Source: Minutocellus sp. GHC0000111 (taxonomy: Eukaryota). From it: a stretch of DNA of 64,000 bases. The stretch covers positions 1,674,001-1,738,000 of the forward strand of contig OZ361256.1 in the NCBI GenBank assembly GCA_977018835.1, read 5' to 3'. This document shows, in pieces, positions 56,214 through 64,000 of this stretch; position 1 is the first letter of the stretch, and each line of letters starts with the position of its first letter. The translations under genes were made by a program, and so were the position numbers. Under the pieces are notes generated by a model. The model did not search any database, was not told where the DNA came from, and was given only the letters and a program-made list of their open reading frames with translations.

Positions 56214-58051
56214 ATGGCAGCGGCCGCGGCAGATTCGTCGTTCTTGGAGGACATTGTCCTTGATGAGGCCGACGATCTCGACGTTCTCTTCCAGGCGGGT
56301 GATATCTCTGAATTCGCCGAAGACGTGGCGCCTGCTGCCTCCACAGCCGCTGATGCAGCTGCTGCGTCAGCAGCAGCTCCAGACGACGAACATGCTCCTG
56401 CTAAAGAACCCGACACTACAGACGGCCCTGTCTTTACCTATCAAGATGAGGAGAGGGAGATCGCATCGCTCACCATGCATGAAATGGTGCGCATAAATGC
56501 CGACCTGCTGGGCGTGACTCCCCACGGCTCCCGCCGCGGAGCCGCTTCCGAAGACGGGAACGGAACTCCCACGACGCGTCCCCACCGCTCCGGCTCGTTT
56601 GCCAGCCAGTCGACGGTTTCGACCACGCATGATCCCGAATCCACGCTCGGCCGTCTCGAGCTTACACTGAAGATGGTGCCCGCGGACCGGGTTAGCTTAT
56701 ATCGACGAGCGGAGGTGGATTGTCCAGATCAGGTGACGGATGAGCGAAAGATGGCCTTCATCCGCCGAGAGGATGGTAATGTCGCCTTGGCGGCTGCTCG
56801 ATTGGCTCGATACTGGCAATTTCGGCTGGACGCATTCGGAGAAGATCGTTGCTTCCAGCCATTGACTTTGGCGGGTGCTATGATAGATGAGGTGGTGCCG
56901 ATGATGAATCACAGGATCTTCAATGTGCTCCCTGTAACAGATACAGCGGGGAGGGCAATCGTCTTTGTCGACATGACGAAGCGTGATTATGCCATATACA
57001 GCGAAAAGCAGGAAATTCGAGTGTATCTATATATTTTGGAAACCATTGTGCAGGACCGCCGCCTCTGCCGCCGTGGGATTACCTTCCTCTCTACGGGTAA
57101 GCATTCGGAGAAGAAGCACTTTAGCCGGAAATTCGCCCAACTTCGACGCGAGGCAGAGAATTGCTCGCCCATCCATGTTAGGGCGGTGCACTTGTGTCAC
57201 CCCAGCACAATGATGAACTATGTGATATATCCGATCATGAAATATTTTATGCCGCCAGACTTTCGGCTGCGATTCCGGTTGCACAATGGATCCGAGAAGG
57301 AAGTTTTGAGAGCGTTGGAAGGGTATTGTCTACCTAGGGATAGGGTCCCAACGGAACTTGGTGGAGATGTCCTTCTCGACATGAACCAATGGGTGCTGGA
57401 CCGAATGACCATTGAAAGTGCTAGAATGTCGACGCCGGTCCTTCCGGCTGCAACAGTTGCTGTGCCCGCTGCCGGGGTGGCGGGTTCTTCCGCTGCGAAA
57501 ACAAATGATAAAATGCGACGTCGAAAGAATGACGGTGAAAAGGAAGGAAGCAGATCAAAGTCATCGGCAAAATCTGCAGCCGCAAGTACCAAGGCAAAGA
57601 AAACAATAGAAAAGAAGCAAAGCAATGGCAGAGCAGCCCCAAGCCGGCGAAAGAAGCAGAAAAAGGGGACACCGGGACGACCGTCGGATCCTAGGATGCT
57701 CAAGGCAGTCCAGGCCAAGATGGCAGATCCCTCCCTCCCTCTTGAATTTGTCTTGGAGGAGGCGGGATTTACGTTCCACGAAAACCCAGAGTCTGGGGTC
57801 ATTGTTGATCAAGATGGCATTGCTTGCAAACAGCGAAAGAACCAGCGTAAGTTACATGTATTATGTTTCTCCTTGATCAATGGACGACTTCTTTTGCTAT
57901 TGTCCATTTTTTGCCTGGATTGCAAGATGGTCATCAACTCAGTATTGTTGCATGCAAACCTGATGCGCCTTCCTCTTTCATATTTTTTTTCACAGTGTGC
58001 CGCCGCATTCGTCAGGAGAAGGAGAAGCTAGCCAGGGCGGCCGAAAAATGA
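56214..58051 (+). CDS. CRAL-TRIO (Sec14-like) domain protein with basic C-terminal domain; intron 57847..57995
   Basis: FIRREDGNVALAAARLARYW, DTAGRAIV, PIHVRAVH, VPTELGG; spliced tail KQRKNQ|LCRRIRQEKEK. Confidence 0.85.
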
Positions 58052-58090
58052 GTACCGGTGATATTGAAAAAGTCGGAAAGGCATAAAATT

Positions 58091-59344
58091 CTAAATATTC
58101 TTCTCCTCAATGGTCCCATCAGGCAAGACAATTAAATCTAGGTGGTGCCGTTCCATGACTTGAGGGTGCGATCGTGCCAGAGACTTGAAGGCATTTTCGC
58201 CATAACACGCATGAAGCTTATTACCACCATCATATGAATCCGTGGATTCGATGGAATCTGCCGACGGCTTCGGCCGTTCCCACACTAAACTTTTTGGCAG
58301 CTCAATGCACTCCACGCAAAAGTCTAGACGAGGATTCCAGAAGTAGGGCATGCTGAAGCGCCCTCCATCCTCTTGTTGCCTCTCAACATTGAGCACCCGG
58401 TGTGGAGTTGCGAGGAAGTACCCTTGAGTTGCAAGCTGGATCATTTCACCTAAATTGACAACGATGGTCCCATCAATAGGCGGGGCATCAATCCACTTTC
58501 CCTTGCCATTCTGGACCTGCAGTCCGCCCACGTCATCCTGCAACAGTAGCGAAAGATACCCACTGTCGGTGTGAGGTCCAACACCAAACATGGCTCTGGT
58601 GTCGTCATCGTTACCCCCATCGCCATTGTTATTATGAGTACTGGTTACCGCTGGGTAGTGACAAATCTTCAACTGAACGTTTGGACAATCCCCAAAGGTA
58701 TCGTCAAAGTAGTTTGTCGGTAGATCCAAACTCAGCGCCAGATACTTCATCAACCGACGAGACAGGACGTCCATTTCCTTCATGAATTGCTGCACGTGTG
58801 GACGCAAAGTTGGTACGTGTTGATCTGGCCATTGGTTCGGATGCGCCACCAAACGCTTGTAGTAGGGTCTGATGGTAGATGTTGTTCTTGATGCTACTGC
58901 ACTAATTTCAGATGTTGATGGATCGACGCCAAATTCAATCTGCTCCTGTCGATCGGGCCTGCCGGCGGTGTTCTCCAGTCCCTGCGCCATGTACCCTCTG
59001 AATGCCGGTGATTGCCGATAATCGATTTTCATCTTTTGCTCATAATCAAGAGCAAAAAAGTCTTTGGATGACTGGAGGGCATTGGCATAGGTCTGAGTGG
59101 AAACGCCATGATTCCGCACGTAGAAGAAGCCGACGTTGTGACAGGCATGACGGAGCTTCGAGGCAAAGTCTGGCTCTTCTTGCGGTTGTTGGCCTGGGAG
59201 GTCCAAGATGGGGAGGGAGTCGAATGCTGACCTCGCACCGGCGCTGGAGCTGGAACATCTTATGCCTACAGCTGCCATCCAGCGCGATCGGATACGCCCG
59301 TGGCGCCTGGCGGCGCTGCTGGTCAGCGAGACGACGCCCCTCAT
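58091..59344 (-). CDS. 2-oxoglutarate/Fe(II) dioxygenase (DIOX_N + 2OG-FeII_Oxy, IPNS-like)
   Basis: ACHNVGFFYVRNHGV, HTDSG, GGLQV, VNLGE, ATPHRV, RFSMPYF. Confidence 0.93.
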   Translation of the reverse strand: MRGVVSLTSSAARRHGRIRSRWMAAVGIRCSSSSAGARSAFDSLPILDLPGQQPQEEPDFASKLRHACHNVGFFYVRNHGVSTQTYANALQSSKDFFALDYEQKMKIDYRQSPAFRGYMAQGLENTAGRPDRQEQIEFGVDPSTSEISAVASRTTSTIRPYYKRLVAHPNQWPDQHVPTLRPHVQQFMKEMDVLSRRLMKYLALSLDLPTNYFDDTFGDCPNVQLKICHYPAVTSTHNNNGDGGNDDDTRAMFGVGPHTDSGYLSLLLQDDVGGLQVQNGKGKWIDAPPIDGTIVVNLGEMIQLATQGYFLATPHRVLNVERQQEDGGRFSMPYFWNPRLDFCVECIELPKSLVWERPKPSADSIESTDSYDGGNKLHACYGENAFKSLARSHPQVMERHHLDLIVLPDGTIEEKNI

Positions 59345-60114
59345 GGCTGCCTCTCGGTACGCCAGTCCTTTGACTTGTGGCGCATTGCGCGCGATGGCTG
59401 GCAGGGCGGGTGGCAGGCAAAAGTTCTGCGGCAGCACCGGGGTCGAGTGAGTCAAGTGAAAGAGTGTCTGACTTGCCAGCTGGTCGCTACGTCATACCGA
59501 AAATGGAGAGGAGCACGCGTCAGATTTTTTTGCAGGCAAGCAAAAGCCCCAAGAAAACTCAGAAGAGTACCCACACTTGGCAACTTTTGTAGATCATTTG
59601 AATACATCCACAACCAATCGTAGATCTAAAGAAAAGGTCTTATGGGCGCATCAATGATTTGGCATTCGGTAAAAGAGATAAAGGGATTTGGTGAGAGGTC
59701 AGCGGCCGCAAGAAAAGACGGACGCACGCCAACCCCCCCCCCCTCTCCAACAGCCAGAGATCGACGACGACGACAACAAGCGGGGGGAAAGTAGATCTAC
59801 ATGTACCGGTATCTTGTTGGAAGATAGATTCATGGTTCCTTCAGTCAGCAAGAACAGGGCTGCACATGCATGGTGTCTTGTTAGTTAGAAAATCGTTCTG
59901 GCTCTCGGTCTCTTCTTGCCTCTCGGTCATTATTTACTACATGTAGCATCCCGGAATCGTCTCTCATTTTTGTGTGAGTCCAATTTCATAATTAATTTCT
60001 GCCCAGCAAATTTACCGGGCGGTACAGCAAACACAGCTTATTCGTTTGTCGCGACATTGTCTGATCTAGTGATCACCACTCACATAATACACAAAAGCCA
60101 AACCGATCAATCCT

Positions 60115-61056
60115 CTATGCACTGAGATGCTCAATCAATTGCTTCTTCAATGTCTTGTTTTTTTCTTCGAGGTCCTTAATCCTCGATTTCAGCACGTACA
60201 AGTCGTATGCGGCCGTGCTGCCTTCGAGGATACCATTCCTGTCAAATTCACCGCCTTCCATGCCTCCGTCTTCCTTTGACATCTTCCGAATAGTTTCATT
60301 GGCGACCTCCAATTCCACCTCTAAGCGCACAACCTTCTCCGTCTCGCGTTGAAGCTTCTGCTTGAGGTTGACAATCACACTCTTGAGGGCGCCAATAGTA
60401 TCGCTGTCCTCGTCGCTGGAGGAAGACGACATCTCCATTCCTTCCCTGATTCGGCGGATCAGCTCATTCCGTCCGAACATCTTTGTGCCTGTGCGGCGAG
60501 ATCTCTCGACCTTTGGCTCAGCCTTCTCGACCCTTTCGGCCCTTCCCGAGCGCCCATCTGTGCGGCGATTGTTGGCAAGATCGGCAATCGTCATGGACAT
60601 TCTGGATGAACGATCGGCCCGGATATTTTCGCGTCTTTTGTTGATATCCTTCTCTCGGCGAACCGCAGAGTCCTCTCCATCCTCTTCCGCGTTGCTCCTC
60701 TTTGACTTCCATGCACCGGCATGCTGGAACCCGTCGGAGTTTGAGTCATGAAAACCGCTCGGCGCGCCCAGAGTAGAAACCGAATCAAAATTCTTCTCCA
60801 AGTCGCCCGGATCGGCGGGTGGAACATCGCTTCCACGCTTGGCAAACTTCTCCTTTTGGCGGCTGCCCGAAACTGCCATCTTCCCTTGGAACGAAGAACG
60901 GACAGCAACAACGTCAGGGAGAACTTTCTTGACTTTGGACCAGCCGTTACTGCGGGATGACCGGGAGGCATGGATAGCGGCAACAGGGACGTCAAATATC
61001 TCCGTGTCGGCGGCTGGATTAGTGGCCGCAGCGTTGTTATTACTCGATACGTTCAT
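60115..61056 (-). CDS. Hypothetical coiled-coil protein
   Basis: Likely start MNVSSNNN at 61056; C-terminal heptads LKQKLQRE...LKSRIKDLEEKNKTLKKQL. Confidence 0.7.
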   Translation of the reverse strand: MNVSSNNNAAATNPAADTEIFDVPVAAIHASRSSRSNGWSKVKKVLPDVVAVRSSFQGKMAVSGSRQKEKFAKRGSDVPPADPGDLEKNFDSVSTLGAPSGFHDSNSDGFQHAGAWKSKRSNAEEDGEDSAVRREKDINKRRENIRADRSSRMSMTIADLANNRRTDGRSGRAERVEKAEPKVERSRRTGTKMFGRNELIRRIREGMEMSSSSSDEDSDTIGALKSVIVNLKQKLQRETEKVVRLEVELEVANETIRKMSKEDGGMEGGEFDRNGILEGSTAAYDLYVLKSRIKDLEEKNKTLKKQLIEHLSA

Positions 61057-61339
61057 GGTTGCTATGCGATGTGGTTTCCTGGTCGCCCAGCCCAGATCTG
61101 CCCAGGTGCTTGCGTGGTGACAAATTCGAGACATCACACATAAGCCCCAGAAACTGCCCGGATTCCTATTCCCGCGGTTCTCTTCTACCATTTTGGCACG
61201 AAAACTCTTTTTTGCGATATGCACCCTCCTAGACTACCGGTACCCTGATGAAGGTACGTGTACTACTAGTAAGCTCTACGGTACTAAGTACATCATTCGG
61301 CAGTAGATCTACGTAGCTAGACGACTACTAGCTAAATGT

Positions 61340-62989
61340 TTAAAAAGGATTGAAAAATCTCCCCAGCGAAACCAGCATGCCCCAACAAATTGGCTTGCAG
61401 ACTGGTAGGGAATCATCAAATGTCATCATCGTTGGTTGTTGCTGCTTGTCCTTCTCTGCCATCGAAGTGCACTGCCTCACAAAATCATAGCAATCCCGGT
61501 GGAATGTTTGGTCGCCACACATCGGGCCTTCGAGGATTGGATCGGTGTGAGACCAGCCTGCATAATTCGTGGACGTAACGCGAACCCCAGCATCTCGCAG
61601 ACAGGAGGTATACTCCTCGGCTCCAGAATAAGGTACCGTCTTGTCGGAAGTTCCATGGACGATGGCAAATGGTGGTAGAAAATTCTCTAATGATAAGCTG
61701 CAATCCGCTCTGTTGCATAGATTGCGACATTGCTCAACCAAATGAGTCGGTGAGTGCCGATCCAAATTATTGCCGAACATCAAGAGAACGATATTACGAT
61801 CGAGACCGTGCCGGTGAAAGATATCTTGCATGGCGGTAATATTGTATGGTCCCGAGGCTGCCATGAATCCCCGAACGGCTCGAGCCTTGTAAGAGGAATG
61901 CAAATGCTGGTGATGATTTGATAATGGAGAGGCGTCATTCGTCGCTTCATCCAACTCTTCTAATGCCTTGCGCAATAGGACGCAGCTACCCAGATGAGCC
62001 CCAGCACTCTGGCCAATCACCACCACCCGTTTAGGATCTCCGCCGTAAGTTTTGCAGTTGCTTAGTGTCCACTGGATGGCCTCATCGACGTCTTCCACCA
62101 TACCTCCTATATCCGTCTGAGGGAAATTTCTGTAGTCGGGTATTACCACCAAAACACCCAAGGGAACAAGTACACGAGCCAACAAGGCTCCCCACATCTT
62201 GTACCCAATTATCCATGCCCCGCCTGTCAAAAAAATAACGACGGGTTTGCTCTCCTCGTCACCGTTGCCTCCGTTCTCTCCACTGGACATATCATTACAT
62301 GTCGTCAACATACTGGAATACTGTCGATCGTACGAAATGTCGCGGCCATCGTTGCGCATGGTCAATGCAGTTCTACTTCCATAGACATCCACGAAATGCC
62401 GACTGGTCCTTGGACTATTGCGACTCGGATCATCACCATCATTAGAAGCGTCACCTACAACTCCATCTTCCCTGTAAGGCAACGCTATCCGATCGGCACT
62501 CCAAAAGTAGTAGTAGGCAAAGACCACAAATCCAGGAAGCAGGGCCATCACAAATGCCAGGAGACGGACGAGCTTGAACAGCCACCGCGGCGTGCCATAA
62601 AACAGCAAACTCAACAGCTTCGGCGCGTACTCCACGATGAGGTTGACGTGATATCGCAGGGTGAAGTACCGATGGATGCGATGTTTCCGCCTCTTGTGGC
62701 GTCTTTGGCCAAAGTATGTGCCAAAACTTGACGTGTTCGGCGATGCATGCGGCGCATTTTCAGTATGAATAGTACGACTTCGTGTTTTCTCCTGTGGACT
62801 ATCACAAGGGCAGCATGCATTCGTGTCGGTAGAGGTGGTATCCTTACCACGACAGTATTCGCATGACTCATCGCTACGCATTCGCTGCTCTTTGTTCCTG
62901 CCGAGGAGGGGCTGCTCGTGCTCAGCGCCAGCAGCAGCCGCCGGGGCAGTGGGGTGAGAGCGCCGCCGCCGCTGTGATGATCGGGTCAT
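61340..62989 (-). CDS. Isoprenylcysteine methylesterase-like alpha/beta hydrolase
   Basis: VVIFLTGGAWIIGYK.WG, PDYRNFPQ, GQSAGAHL, HGTSDKTVP, SHTDPILE. Confidence 0.88.
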   Translation of the reverse strand: MTRSSQRRRRSHPTAPAAAAGAEHEQPLLGRNKEQRMRSDESCEYCRGKDTTSTDTNACCPCDSPQEKTRSRTIHTENAPHASPNTSSFGTYFGQRRHKRRKHRIHRYFTLRYHVNLIVEYAPKLLSLLFYGTPRWLFKLVRLLAFVMALLPGFVVFAYYYFWSADRIALPYREDGVVGDASNDGDDPSRNSPRTSRHFVDVYGSRTALTMRNDGRDISYDRQYSSMLTTCNDMSSGENGGNGDEESKPVVIFLTGGAWIIGYKMWGALLARVLVPLGVLVVIPDYRNFPQTDIGGMVEDVDEAIQWTLSNCKTYGGDPKRVVVIGQSAGAHLGSCVLLRKALEELDEATNDASPLSNHHQHLHSSYKARAVRGFMAASGPYNITAMQDIFHRHGLDRNIVLLMFGNNLDRHSPTHLVEQCRNLCNRADCSLSLENFLPPFAIVHGTSDKTVPYSGAEEYTSCLRDAGVRVTSTNYAGWSHTDPILEGPMCGDQTFHRDCYDFVRQCTSMAEKDKQQQPTMMTFDDSLPVCKPICWGMLVSLGRFFNPF

Positions 62990-63603
62990 CGCGGCCACCT
63001 GGCGTCTGGTGCTTGAGTATGTGACGACTGAGGACTGCTGTTGCCCGTGATTCGGTGGCAATCTTACTGGCCCAGGTCAGTATGGTGACACTATGCAACT
63101 TGCTACACGGCCGGCAGTACACGGTCGGCGGTCGGTGACCGGGGCCATTGTGGGGTGCGGGGGCAGAAAATGGGGCGTTCATGAGACAGACAGAAGGGCC
63201 GTGCGAAATCCATATGTTGGCATCTCAGAAAAAGCGAAGCGGCAATGTCGAGAAAGCAAGGAGGTCGAACGCTTTCAATAAATCAATCAAGCAAAGAGTT
63301 GGACTTCAATCAATTTGGTAAGAATGCATCTCATTGATACGGCAGGGTGCATTTCTGAATCCATAAATATCGTCCTCTTCCGTTTCCGTTGTCTCTTTCT
63401 CAAAGGGAATGAAAGTAGGCGTGCATCTTTTCTGGTCCGTCGAATCGAACCCAAGCATTGGTGCCATCAATTGAAGCAGAATTCATATCTTGCCTGAACT
63501 GACATCTGTGTTCTTTACTCGTTTTCTTTTGTTGCTTTTCAATTCAATTTTGCCAGCTCGCGATCACACAATCACAGTCAAGCATACCCCTAACCTACCT
63601 ATC

Positions 63604-64000
63604 ATGGGAGAGAGCGAGCACTTCGAGGGGGGCATCGACGATGCCGTTGGCCCAACTGATGCCGGCGAGGCCAAGGGATTCGTCCGTTTCCGCAACTCCG
63701 TCTGGGGTACCATCATCGGCAAGGATGAGGGACGTGAGCGCTGGTCGTCTCGCGTTGCCTTCTTCTTTGCCGCCGTCGGTTCTGCTGTTGGGTGAGTAGT
63801 TCGCTTCTCGTTCCGGTTTAGGTTTAGGCTTATTTATTCGCTATGCATTTCAATCTAGCTTATCTATCTTCAACGCACATATACCAGTATGCTCACTTGT
63901 TCGCCCCACCTGCACCCATCACTTCCTCCAGATTTGGCAATGTTTGGAGGTTCCCTCAGCTTGCCGCGGATTATGGAGGTGGTGCCTTCCTCATTCCATA
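63604..64000 (+). CDS. Sodium:neurotransmitter symporter (SLC6/NSS) family, 5' part; intron 63792..63931
   Basis: RERWSSRVAFFFAAVGSAVG|FGNVWRFPQLAADYGGGAFLIP. Confidence 0.93.

Overview
Gene-dense eukaryotic nuclear DNA, most likely from a diatom. This is inferred from short GT-AG introns, bipartite signal+'AF' plastid-targeting leaders, and LPLH-ankyrin and 'RGLE' families; it was not checked against a database. About 28 protein-coding genes are present, mostly on strictly alternating strands: ankyrin-like protein, Ca2+/cation exchanger, Mpv17/PMP22, WD40, chromo+JmjC, MATE, UFL1, Erv/QSOX-like oxidase, PLRG1, SAP protein, SDR, HDDC2, Nudix-COG0523 fusion, HSF, SLX1, USP, CRAL-TRIO, 2OG-Fe(II) oxygenase, ICME-like esterase and an SLC6 transporter. 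No rRNA, tRNA or CRISPR array was recognised. The main anomalies are: (1) a ~4.1 kb patchwork insertion splitting the MATE gene, carrying an orphan gene, a truncated divergent histone H3 and three other gene fragments; (2) a 750 bp MITE with TGT...ACA ends, 59 bp perfect TIRs and palindromic subterminal repeats, next to a hairpin-rich non-coding tract; (3) a TAGATCTA/TACCGGTA palindrome cluster in 4 of the 5 head-to-tail intergenic gaps; (4) unusual domain fusions (pseudo-hydrolase/pseudo-Nudix/COG0523, chromo/pseudo-JmjC, CRAL-TRIO/basic helical domain, thioredoxin-less acidic QSOX); (5) several 1-bp frameshifts and two in-frame stops in otherwise intact genes, which may be assembly error. 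All product calls come from motif recognition by eye.
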